A stretch of 64,000 nt of DNA from NCBI GenBank assembly GCA_030704615.1, contig CM060731.1, forward strand, positions 34,410,001 through 34,474,000. Direction: 5' to 3'. A program made the position numbers and the translations under genes. The DNA is from Takakia lepidozioides. Its lineage: Eukaryota > Plantae > Bryophyta. Below are positions 1 to 11,729 of the stretch, piece after piece. The notes below the pieces were generated by a model. That model did not search any database and was not told the DNA's origin. It saw nothing but the letters and a program-made list of their open reading frames with translations. Each line of letters starts with the position of its first letter. Within the stretch, counting starts at the first letter, position 1.

Positions 1-3000
1 GAACCATCTAGAGGACAGGGTGCAGTCTCTGTGGCCTGCAACCCAGCTCTTCAATTTTATCCTCAACTGCGCAGCTGCCAACGAAGAGGCCCTCTTCTAC
101 GGGCATTGTGGGTACCTGGTACTGCTGGATCCAGAAGCCCGGGATGCTAAATCCGCCGTGCACATCGACCAGATGGAAACTCTAGGTAATGACTTCTGCA
201 TCGAGGGAAAATCAGCAGTTGAGGTCTACATGGAGCATGGATTGGCAAACCACTACGCTTGCCTGGTTCACAATCTCTCTGCGATGAAGGAACCTGGCCG
301 TGAGTTGGCCGTGGTGCCAACACCCTCCCTTAGACAACTACTCCTAGATGGCTTGTCAATCAAGCAGCTGCTCTTCAATCCTTCACGGACTTGTTCTATG
401 CAGCTCAACCGCATGTTGTTAAGAATAACCGGCAACGAGTTTCAAGCTTCAACGTTATAGCATGCTCAGATGAAAGCGTCTCCTTACAGCAACTCACTAA
501 GTACTTGTTCTTATCCAGGAAAGCCCGGGTCAGATCATATATCTAGTGCAAATCTCATCAATGTGGACTTTTAGTGCACTTGAGAAAACACTGCACGTTG
601 TAGCTGCTTGCCTAATGATGCATGTACAGTGCATACATGTCGGATTCACATGTACATATACATTTGAACTTCTAAAAAACAGAAGTTCTAGGCACTGTAA
701 AGTCTCTGTTAAGTCTAAATTTGAGCTGATCAATAGAAGAAGTCATCCACATTTAATTGTTCCCGTAAATCTGCCTGCATTTGGAGATGTATGAATTCAT
801 GACCACATCACTTGGTGCTGGCTTTTGCAACTGATCTCGAGTGACCTGAATGTTGGGGTTATTCCTCAATCAATGCACAGGATTCATGTGCTCAGGAGCT
901 GCCTTAACAGCGAGCAGACTTCCTTTGAAACTTCCCGAATTATGTTTGACATCTGCACCTCCACTGAGCATGGAGTATGTGATTGACTACAGGTATGAAT
1001 TCCTTTCAGATTTGTAGTACTTATTGAGTCTTCCAGTGTAGCACTAGTGCAAGCACTTCACTTGGCCAATTTGCAAAGGATAACTGGCATGTGCCGGGCC
1101 TGCCTCCAAAGTGAGGGACGCGTTTTCTAAGTTACGTTCGGGGCCGGGCTTGCATCTTGAATTCCTAAGTGTTTCACAACGATTCATGATTGAGTTTTGA
1201 AGTAAAACTCTACCAGGCGGGGTCCCCCATATATACACACACAGTAAGTTGAGGATCGACCACGTGTGCACCTGCACTTTTGGAGTGACCGTCGTCAATG
1301 GAAGCAGCCGAAAAGATCTGACTCAGTTGTCTGGCCACAGTATTTAGTATATAAGCTAATCGAGTAGACCTTCTCCTCACAATTTACAGTCAACGAGGCG
1401 ACCCCTCTAGAGGTCAATTCGGGGGGCATTTCCTTGTTGGATTGGGCAACTGGGGACTTCCCAAGACTCTCTGCGGCACAGACAATGGCCGACCCTACAT
1501 AGACCTGTACATACGAAGTCGTATAGAAGTCAAGATTTATGTGAGATCTCATCCTGTACACTCCTGTTGCAACTTCAGGTGGAATGCAAGATGTAGAGGC
1601 TGTGCACGTCCGGATTTCTTGCATGCGCAATTCTAGCTGCTGCGGTTTCGGATCAATATTGAAGGGGGCAGTGGCAATATTCATGTAACCGTTTTACCTA
1701 GGTACTAAGAATTAAAATTGCAGACGACACCTGGAAAAGCCATTACTGTGCATGATATGTATGTGAATCTATCTTCAAAACAGCTACAAAATAGTTGATG
1801 ATCACTGTGTTGAACCTTATGTTAGTTCTTAGTGACTGAAGGCCCAATTGATGATCTACATAATTCAGTCTGCTCCTAAGAATCCATGAGTAGTTTGGTG
1901 ATTGTTTTTAAAAGCAGTGCATACATGTAGTCGACCTCCACCTTACTTGCCCTTTCTAGACCCGAGCAGAGTCGGAGAAAGGCAGGGTTCGATCAAAAGA
2001 AGGCTCAATCATGCAATTAACGTTGGATGCGGGAAAGAATAGTGCAGTTCTGTACACAAAACATCTCGGACACTGAACCAGACCGCTTGGCTCTCTGAGG
2101 GCACTGCACAATCTTTCCTCTGCACTCGTTCGCATTACTCATCTTTAAGTAGTAAGTACAATCAATAACCTGCCCTTTCTGCAATGGACCCTAAGCCAGA
2201 GGCGGAAGGAGGTGCGACACCGACCTGAGCTTGGGCAAGGTTGCCTCCCACCTCAGAGATGGAATTGGATGCATGCAGGCTTGCTATTGAGTTCAAAACA
2301 GATATTTATCAACAAGCTTCAGGAACTAATTTAATTTAAGATTCAGCTTGAATCCAAAGCGATTCACTTGAACAACGGAGTTTAGACAATTTAAGTACAG
2401 GTCTTCTGTCCAAATATCATGTTGAATCAAATCACTAAATAAGAAACCACCACAGTCTAGGGTAGCTCGAGGTCGGTAGTGCTCAGTTTTCCTGGAATCC
2501 CGAGAAGCAGGAATGTTACAACAGGTGAGGTTATGCAAGAGAACAAGATCTGGTAGCCGCAAACGGGTAATTGCAGACGAAAGACACAACTTGATCACGT
2601 CCACCGTGGTGGCTACGGCCAGGAGGCCGAGAGGTGTTCAGAGGTCAACATTCCACTTTCCTTCTGGATGAATGCCCTTGCCGTTGAGAGAAAGGGATTT
2701 CTCCAAGGAGCACTTGGGCCCCTTTAGAAAGCCCAGCACTTTCCATCAAGCTTGCAAGAGTTTTTGGACATCATTTGTAGTGCCAAAATGGTGGGGGTGG
2801 TTCTCTGGTATCTGCCATAAAAACCTTCGCAGTCCTCTAAAGCTAACATGGGGATGTCCAATTTTTCAGGTGAAAAATTCACCCTTGGGGAGACGAAGAT
2901 GAAAGAGAGAGCCTAGAAATTTGAGCAGGTTTGGGCCCCTGGATGTGGGGTTATGTGGCCGGAGAACGAAAGGTGAAGGGTAGAGCTAAGTTAGTGGCAC

Positions 3001-4202
3001 CATCGACTGGTGTTGGGTCCTCGTCGAATGGATCAAGGATCCACGTATCTTCAATCATGTTATCTGGCCCAATCATCAATCCAAGGCGATCCGACACCGG
3101 GCCTGGTGATGGGTCGACGGCCGTGCACGGGTTTCCCCGCCATACAGTAAGGCGGGTGATGACTCTGTTCCATTCTTCATTGAAACCAGAGACACAGGTT
3201 CTGCTCACATGCTGAGTAATCAGAGTTGCCTGCCTGACAGTCCCCTTCATGTTGACATTAATGACTGTCATCATCATGGCCACATGCAAACTAGTGTAAA
3301 GAGCTCAGTTCAAAATCCTTACAAATTTAAACAACTCTTAAGTTAGTAGGTAGTATTGTGTCTACTTACAACGTTGTTGCTAAGCTTACAGAAAGGTGTT
3401 CATGATTGTGAAAAGTGCTTCATCATATGCAATACTCTGCAGTATGCATAAGATATCATTTTAACTTCTACAGGGAGGCAGGCGCCTGTGAATCCAGAGC
3501 ACCCCTCTGATGTCGCTGGAAGACGACGTGATCAGATCCAGCATGCCCTCCTCAACATCTCCTTCAAAAAATCAGATTCGGATCCGGATTCGGATTCCGA
3601 CCTCTCTAGAAGAACTTGGATTGTTTCACACTCGAGCCCATGCTGATTCCCTCATTCGCATTGCAGAACCCACACTGGCCTTCAGTAATCAAGTTGTAAC
3701 TTAGCCGATTAGGGGCTCTCAGTTTTAAATACTAAGGTCTTCAATGCGCATGCGGGCCCTTCCAGGAGGGGCCGTGGGGTCACCCCAAGTCAAAGGCCGC
3801 CAGATCCGCTGTGTAACTTAAACCGTCCAATCCACTGGACGGTCTGTGACGCAGGTCAGTGGGGCGCCTGTCCGCCGGGTCCACTCCCGACGTTTGGTGC
3901 GGAATTATGAGTTCATAAAACATTTCTTTAACCTATAACTTAATTAAAACTCACCACTCCCACCAGGATTTGAGCACCAGATGTCATCATAACCATCCAA
4001 GACCTAGCTACCACTTTTTTTAAAAGTCTTTTGCACTTTTACCGTCCTTGGACAACCGTTTAAGCGATAATTAATTCAAAATGAAAGTGCCTAATGCGTT
4101 TTGGGAATTTTTCAGATTTTGGCCTAATTGTTCGGAAACTATGGGACCAAAGTGCCTAATGCCCAAAAATTCCACCAAAAAACTTGCAAGCCTCTTCTCA
4201 TG

Positions 4203-4538
4203 GCCACTCATTTTAAGATAATAGGGTCTTCAATGGGCACGAGCGATGTGGCCGATGGGCCCCGCGCACTAACGCCTGGCTCCCAGCACCCCGCTCGCCA
4301 CTGCGCGCGGTCGCCCAGCCGCGGGCGCGGCTTCAGCAACCGCGCCCGCGCCCCCGTCCGCCGCGTGGCCAGTCCCTCGCCCATGAGTCCGCTGCCCTCC
4401 TGTCTGCCAGTCTGCTGCCCAGCAATCTGCCAGTCCGCCAGTCCACTGGCCAGTCCCCTGCCATCCAGTCCGCTGACGGCGCAAGATCGCCACCGTCCAT
4501 TTCCATAACCCATCCGAGCCCTCCATTTTTAGGGCTGC
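4203..4538 (+). repeat. Left terminal inverted repeat of the MULE
   Basis: 4203-4233 and about 4379-4538 are reverse complements of 16299-16569. A GC-rich block at about 4235-4378 is present only on this side. Confidence 0.9.
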
Positions 4539-4682
4539 AATTCAAACCTGCATCCCTGCCGCCTGCCACTTGCCAGCAGCCGCGAACGTGCGCACTGTTC
4601 TCCTGGCACGTTGTCGATCGTGTCCTGTACTGCGGCGCGTTTCTTGCATGTTCAGAAGCGTGTCCTTTGTACTGTATAGGGC

Positions 4683-7600
4683 ATGGACATGGAAGCAAAA
4701 CCCGTTGGTTGATATACTGATCACGGGAAGCCCGCTTATACGGCCTCTTCGACAATGTTTGCAAACAGCAAAACCAGGACCCTTCAACAGGAAAGATCTC
4801 CATTGGAAGAGTGAGACGCAATATGGGTTTATGGGTGTGCGACTGAATGTTGAAAAGGCCTGCATACCTGGGATAGAGTTGGTGACTTCGTCCTGGGAGA
4901 GGAGAGTTTGGAGGACTACCCCACTCAGTTTTGGGTGAATGTCCATTCTAAAGTGGAACCCGGCTTGCGAAAAGCACCCAGAGCCAACACATTTCTGTCC
5001 AGTATTATGTGTGCACCATCCTCAGTCCTTTTGACGTTTCATTACATGTCTGTTGCCATTTTTTGTTTCACGAGTTCTCTGATTTTATGCTTCCTCAAGT
5101 CGTTGGATATCGATTTTAAAATTTTCTGTCCAGGTATCAATGCTGCTACGGTCCTGATGACAAGCGCACCAACAAGGCAATAGTGGAGGATCCAAAACAG
5201 AAGCGTGGATGACCTCTTGTGGGTGCTGGAACATCTTGCCCTCATAAAGGCCCAAGGAGAAAGAAGTCGGTAGTGGAAAGTCTTACAAACGTGGTTGCCA
5301 ATGCTGTTTCAAGGTCCAGCAATGCTATCTCGCCCCTGACATCTGTGTTCTCACGTACCACAACAACATGGAGCATACAGATGCGCAAGGGAAACCCTCG
5401 CATGGGAAGTCCGCAGAGTTCAGGAACACCCGCCACGCCTATGCACCACACATTAGCGAGGAATTGAAAGCCTGGGTCGTCGAGTGTTTGTGCCGAGGCC
5501 TGTCGGTCGCCCAAATCATGATGGAGCATAAAGAGCACGTGATGAACAACACCGGCTTGGGCGATGCATGGACCCGCGATGATTTCTTGTTGGAGCAAGA
5601 TGTTCGCAACCTTGCCGAGAAACGTGGTGGCAAACCTTCAAAAAGCACGCCGATGATGCAGAGAATATGCGCATGTGGAGAGACCAGAATCCTGCGTCCA
5701 TTTTGTTCTATCAAGAGGAGAAATTAGAGCCAACATTCGAGCATTTTGATGGAGATTTGACATTCACTATTGGCATACAGACTCCGTGGCAGAAACGATG
5801 AATGCTGGAACTAGGACATGACCGTATCGTTGCATGTGATGCAACATTTGGGACAAATCATGACAAGGTACTATTCGAACGATTCCATGGACTTGTACGA
5901 GCATGATAGCATAATACCATGCACATTCACATAAAATTTGATGTGCTGACCCTTTTGTATGTTTCATGTGTACATTGCGGAAGACCGAGGGGCAGACCCA
6001 TTGTGAACCGCTGCAGACCTCATCACTCTTATGAAGTCTTCTCGTGCAGAACTGAGCGGAATTTGCATGCTCTTACCATCTTACATTGTGCATTCCAACA
6101 GTTCCCATTGTACACGTTGATGGTCTTCGACGAGTGGTTGAACGGTATACCAGTTGTCTATATCCTATCCGCGAGGAATCGGACAAGAGACCTGGTTCCG
6201 TGGATGATAGCCTTGCGCGATTCACTCCTCGCAGATTTGCCGAGCTGGCGCCCAATGCCTTCATTGTGGACGATGCGAAGCAAAAATCAAACGCTATTCG
6301 GTAAGTCTATTGTCCATTGTTTCCACTGCAACAATCCAACATCCACTGGCAGACTCCTGTGGCGAAACCCGATGTGGCGAAACGCTGGGCAAATCCACTG
6401 GTAGTCCGCTGTCAAGTCCGCTCATCAGTCCCCTGGCAAGTCCGCTCGGCAGTCCGCTGTGGCAGTCCAATGGGGCAGTCCGCTGATGCAGTCCACTGCC
6501 CTAGTCCTAGCTAGGGGAAGTCCAATGGGGAAGTCCACTGGGTAGTCCAATGGGGTTATTCCAGCACATCAACGTCATGGCATTGTACTGTCCACTGGGC
6601 GAGTCCAGTGGCTCTGCCCACTGATACAGGTCGCTATTACAATCCACTCCGGCAGTCCACCATTGCAGTCCGATCCCAAGACTCTAATTGTTTTTGAAGG
6701 AGTACTCATTTTCCTCTGCCTTTGGCATGTCCGCAAGGCATGGGTGAAGCAATCATGCAAGAAAACGAAGGATCCGGTGACCGCTGTAAACTTGTTGAAG
6801 GATATGGGAGACCTCATGTACTGTAGAGGGGGACCACGCAACGAGAAAAGAGCGCTTCGGTGGGTTGTAAGGAGAATCCGTCGTATGAGGTCAAAATACC
6901 CGAAATGACATGAATTTCTTGACTATATCGAACAGTACTGGAAGCCCAAAATAGCAATGTGGTGTATAGCAACCCGCCATGACCCTCATGCGAGCCAAGA
7001 CACAAACGCAAGCATTGAGGCATACCATGGAAATCTGAAGGCAAGACTTGCTATGGGGAAAGGCAAGATGAGTGGTCGTAGAGTGGACTGGCTTATATGG
7101 GAACTCACTGGCCGTGTGCTAACACACTACTGGTACGCAATCCATTTGAAGACCACGGGTTCATAAGAATGACAAACACGAAAAGTACATATCCAGTTCT
7201 ATACTTAGCGGCACGAGACATTCCTGCTGAGAGTGTTACCCTTGGGTCCTGGTTAACCAGCCTACGTTCTCAGCAGCAACCACCCCGGCCACAAACATAC
7301 ATTGTTTACAATCCTGATTGCGATTGGGGTTGTTGCACATGCCCATGGGCATGAAGGGAAACTTATGCAAGCATCAGGTCCGTGTCCTGAAGATGCTTCA
7401 CCCTGACCTGCAGGATGGCCTCCTTGTGCGCGCTTGTGGCACGGCGCTGGGAACCATTCATGGAGGATTACCTAACTTGCTCTTGGGCAATGGTGCCAGC
7501 GGCAACGACAAATCCAATCAATTCATGGAAAGACATCCTCCGGACGAAGACTTCCCTACGACGAGGCACCTCTGGAGGTCTCAGCCTCATTGGAACAAGA

Positions 7601-7940
7601 ATTCACGGACATACTTCGCATTGTAGGTGATGACAAATACCTGGAGGCACATGCCCGATCTGCTCTTCATATGTGCAAGGGCAGCTCGTTGATATCCTGG
7701 CGAAAAGTGCGGCTAGAATGTGTTTCACCCTGCCAGCGGCAGAAGGCTTTCCGTCCTCTGAACGACACAACAACACATGTCTCTGAAGGGAGACGAGATT
7801 TCGTGGAGGCCTGGAAAACCCGGCCTAGGGTTTTGCAGAGAACCAGCAAGAGGGTGTTTGCACTTGCACCCGCAGCACATATATACTCGAAAATTCGCAA
7901 GGTTTCAGGTCATGTAGATGTCACAAAGAAGACAATATAA
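4683..7940 (+). pseudogene. MULE DDE transposase with SWIM zinc finger (At4g13970/At1g60560-like), spliced, frameshifted as assembled
   Basis: Motifs in order across frames: DRVGDFVLGEE..YPTQF; YQCCYGPDDKR; KRGCQCCF; HTDAQGKPSHG..YAPHISEELK..RDDFLLEQDVRN; DATFGTN (D at 5838); FPLYTLMVFDEWLNGIPV; FIVDDA (6269); CLWH; IEAYHGNLK (E at 7017); RRVDWLIWEL; SWIM CTCPW..KGNLCKH (about 7334-7374). Likely GT-AG introns near 5868-6101 and from 6301. Start and end are approximate. Confidence 0.88.
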
Positions 7941-8152
7941 GTCTGTAATGCCTCGAAAAGAGACAAGGTTTCATATCGTGTAGGTGTCACGAAGAAGACA
8001 ATATAAGTCTGCAATTCCTCGAAAAGAGACAAGGTTTCACGTCGTGTAGGTGTCACGAAGAAGACAATATAAGTCTGCAATTCCTCGAAAAGAGACAAGG
8101 TTTCACGTCGTGTAGGTGTCACGAAGAAGACAATATAAGTCTGCAATTCCTC
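7885..8152. repeat. 66-bp tandem repeat, about 4 copies
   Basis: CAAGGTTTCA recurs at 7898, 7964, 8030 and 8096. Unit TGTAGGTGTCACGAAGAAGACAATATAAGTCTGCAATTCCTCGAAAAGAGACAAGGTTTCACGTCG. Confidence 0.95.
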
Positions 8153-8782
8153 TGGTGGCATTGTCCCTTTCTGAAATACAAGTCCGCAATGGACTAATGC
8201 ACAGTCTCCCAACGGACTCCTCCAGTCTCCCAACTGACTCCTACATAGTCTCTCAAGCATAGTCTCCCAACGGACTCACGCACAGTCTCCCAACAGAGTC
8301 ACAGTCAACAGACTACGAGCGCCAGTAAACCAGTCTGCTGCCCACTCCAAAAGTCTGCTCACCACACTTCCACCTCATCACTGCAACTCTTCCAGCAGAC
8401 TGCTGGACAGACTAAGTCTCAAGCAGACTCATCCACAATAGCAGACTCAAAATGGACAGGCTCCAGTGGACTACCTCCCTAACGACTCATGCCAATCCAG
8501 CATCCCAGCGGACTCATGGACATGGTGCCTACCAGACTAGGTACCAGACCCACCCGTCCTAGCCTCGGTAGCGTACTGCTCGCACATTCAAGCTCAGCAG
8601 ACTCGGGTGCACAGTGCATGGAAAAATTGACACCATTGTGTCCATTGAGTTTAGTGACAACATTACAAAACATGCAAGCACCCACAGTACACAAAAGTGC
8701 TCATCACCACTGGAATAGTAAGCGAAAAGACTCGCATTTTTTTATTTCGGTACATAGACTTCACATGACAAGTACATCATAT

Positions 8783-10438
8783 TCATGAGAGTAGTTTCTC
8801 TACATTGTCCAACCCCCGCACGATATACTGGGCACACTGCATTCGCTGCCCAAATGCAAACTTGAAAGTAAACCAGTCCTTCGTGAAAGGTGTTCCTCTC
8901 TCTGGCTTTGCAGTCTTGGAGACATTTGCTCTGACTTTTACCCACTCATAAAACACTTGAATGAATGACATGACGTAAAAGCCACACTCCCAGCTGAATG
9001 GTTGCTGGGGCACATCAGGCGCGTGGAACTGAAATGCTTGGACAATCTCATGCCACTCTGGTGAGTCCATCGAGTACCCTAAGCACTCAGTATGAAGCTT
9101 CCGAATCCACCCTAGAACAAAGGGACATTTATGCGAGTCCCTGATAGAGTTCAGGTGAGTGTAACAACCTTTGCGGAGGTCGATGATACAAACACTCCAA
9201 TGCCCCCTGCAATGGTATCAAACAACATGGCGTCATTGCACAATCATGATGGGCAGACTCAACATACTGACACTCAGCAGACCAACCACTCAGCAGACTC
9301 AGCACTCAGCAGACTCAATCTTCAAACCCAGTCCACTGCACAAATACAGAGGTCAACTTAATCGCTCGGAGTCAAGACGACACTGCGAAACCAGACTATG
9401 ACTCAGGAGACAGTCTCAGCAGACTCGGAAGAGTTCTTACTCGTCCCCAATTGGCACCAAAATGAAATCGCACTCTTTCAAGTCCTTGCCCAGTCGTTCA
9501 GTGCTAAGGCAACCTTTCAAGACCTCCAGAAGGCTTTCACGTTGCCCCACCCCCAATGACTTCAACACCGTCCACGTCGACGTTGGAAGAACAACAATAG
9601 TGTTGGTGAACGCAGCCTTAACTGACTTCTCATAGAATCGACACCACAGCTCCAGGAGTCTATCTGTGCACTCCGACTCAACCTTCTGGAGCGCCTTTAT
9701 GTCATCCAGCGACAGTCCGCATTCAAACCGTGGGTCCCCTTCAAAAAACATCAGCATGGAATTACCCGCCTTCACGTGCAGAACATGTGCTTTGCCAAAC
9801 CGAGCACCCATCCTGCACAGAGCAGACCATCCTTCGGGAAGCCTCATGTACTGAACAAACTGACGTCAACATGGTACCAAACACTCTACAGGCTGAACAA
9901 TTCATCAGACTGACAATATTAACCACAACAGACAATGATGTAACCAGCAGCAGACTGACCAGCGTGCAGACTGACCACAACAGAGCGCAAAACACTTAAC
10001 GACAAAGACAGACGAGGAGACTGAGCACAGTACTCACCTGTGCTGCTCTAGGAAACGACCCACATCTTTGTCCATGTCCAAGGCCAGCTTGCGGTTCTTC
10101 TTCATAAAGACGTCAGACTTTTTCTTCGCCGGTCTCTTGGTACTCGGACCCTCCTCGACCTCCTCAGCATGGTCCCCGACAGTCCGCTTCTTGGCTTTGC
10201 CTCTCCCCTGGGAAGCAGGGACAGCTGTAGGCGGGCTGGATAGAGCAGACAAACGCAGCGCTGCCGCCCTACTTCGCAACAGAGGCGGGTCAGCAGGTTT
10301 GTTTACACTTGTTGGACCTGTCTTTGCAGCTTCGTGGGTCGCATGCGTAGAACTGACCCGCGCATCGGGAGGCGTGCTCACCCCCACACCTTTCTTGGTT
10401 GTCGATCCCATGTTTGCAGCATGGGCGGAAGATGTCAT
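8783..10438 (-). CDS. ULP1/SENP-like (peptidase C48, CE clan) cysteine protease, transposon cargo, spliced; probably the C-terminal part of a longer gene
   Basis: Exon about 9850-9441 ends ECDFILVPIGD(E) at a GTAAG donor. Exon 9206-8783 reads in frame GHWSVCIIDLRKGCYTHLNS...PQQPFSWECGFYVMSFI, giving His, Asn (Asp position), oxyanion Gln and Cys. The upstream exon in 10034-10438 is low-complexity and basic (KRPAKKK), and its splice phase does not match perfectly. Confidence 0.82.
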
Positions 10439-11099
10439 GTCCTAAAAAAGCAGTCTGCCGACAGAGGGACGAACATCCTGTGAGGATACCGAGCAAAATG
10501 ACGAATTAGCCCAATTTCACAATGTGCTAAAACATAAACAACAGTGCTGAAAGAAGAAATGGCACAACGTGCCTAAGGGGTGAGGGAGCAGACTCCATGT
10601 AATCCAGCGCTATACCAGACGGTGTCTGCGCCGCATGTGGTTCCTTGTCAGTGTGTCTGCCAGCATATTTAGTCTGTTGCTCAATGTGGGCAGTCTCCTC
10701 GGCCGCTGGTTCTTCGTCAGTCTTTTCGTCTGTGAACTGTGCAGTCTGCTGGCAACTCTGCGGTTCAGTCTCTTCCTCAATGTGGGCAATGTGCTCGATG
10801 GCAGGTTGGTCGTCAGTCCTTCCCTCTGTGAAGTGTGCAGTGTGCTGGTCAGGCCGTGCAGTCTGAACTATGCAGTCAGAGACGGGGAGCTGGATAAGAA
10901 TGCTTTACCGGTGACCTGATGACGTCGTCAGTGAATGTGCCTGGGGGAAAAGTGGACTTGGTCAAAACACTCATACTGGCAGATCCAAAAACATGTTGTT
11001 GGGAACTCAGCAGAAATTCGTCCACAAGGTCCCGGTGAGGCCAGTGCATCTGAGTCTGTTGCACAATCCAGAGAACAGACTGGCTGTTAGTCTCCTGGA

Positions 11100-11400
11100 T
11101 AGTCTGCTCGGCCATCTATTGAGTGGGTTCGCCAGTGTGCTGCACAGTCTGCTGAGGGGCAATCTGCTGGCTGGATTCGTCGGTCTGTTGCACGGTCTGC
11201 TGAGGGGCAATCTGCTGGCTGGATTCGTCGGTTTACTGCATAGTTTGCTGAGGGGAAATCTGCTGGCTGGATTCGTCGGTCTGATGCATGGTCTGCTGTA
11301 CAGTCTGCTGAGGGGCAGTCTGGTGGCCATGTTTGCTTGTCTGTTGCACAGTCAGCTGAGGGGCAGTCTGTTGGCCGGTCTGTCTCCGGTCTGCTGCAAA
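11100..11400. repeat. 48-bp tandem repeat, about 5 degenerate copies
   Basis: Unit CTGCTGAGGGGCAATCTGCTGGCTGGATTCGTCGGTCTGTTGCACGGT, visible as a 16-aa periodicity in the ORF track. Confidence 0.85.
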
Positions 11401-11729
11401 GTCTGCAAAATTCGCTACCCGCTCAGTACTGTTTGCACATACTGAGTATGTGTGTGCGGGGCGGTCTGTTGGGAGTGATCCGGCCTATTACCTGGGACGG
11501 TCTGGTGCACATGCTCGGTCTCCAGCACTTGGGCAGTCTGCCCACATGTGTCATAGGGAATACGTTGTTGGACATTCTTGTGGCCAGTCTGTTGGACAGT
11601 CTCCCGAATTCTTTGTAAAGCCAGGACAAGGTCCCTTGCACCTCTGGCAAAAGAGTTGAAAGCAGCCTGCACTTGCTTGTCTCCCAGATCAACTCACCCT
11701 GCAACACATGTTTATGCAAATGTGAACTT

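Noticed and set aside
1-3700. ORF 20-460 (+) and minus-strand ORF fragments (1044-1684, 2326-2604, 2951-3289) as a gene
   Set aside because: Protein-like in places but interrupted, with no recognisable motif and no consistent exon chain. Possibly a pseudogene, but I cannot support a call.
4128-4526. Overlapping ORFs in the TIRs (also 16149-16559)
   Set aside because: By-products of GC-rich repetitive TIR sequence.
7885-8152. CRISPR-like regular repeats
   Set aside because: Units are contiguous with no unique spacers, there are no cas genes and the context is eukaryotic. Ordinary minisatellite.
10993-11445. Leucine-rich repeat protein on the + strand
   Set aside because: Translation of the 48-bp tandem repeat. 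No LRR consensus, and antisense to the cargo gene.
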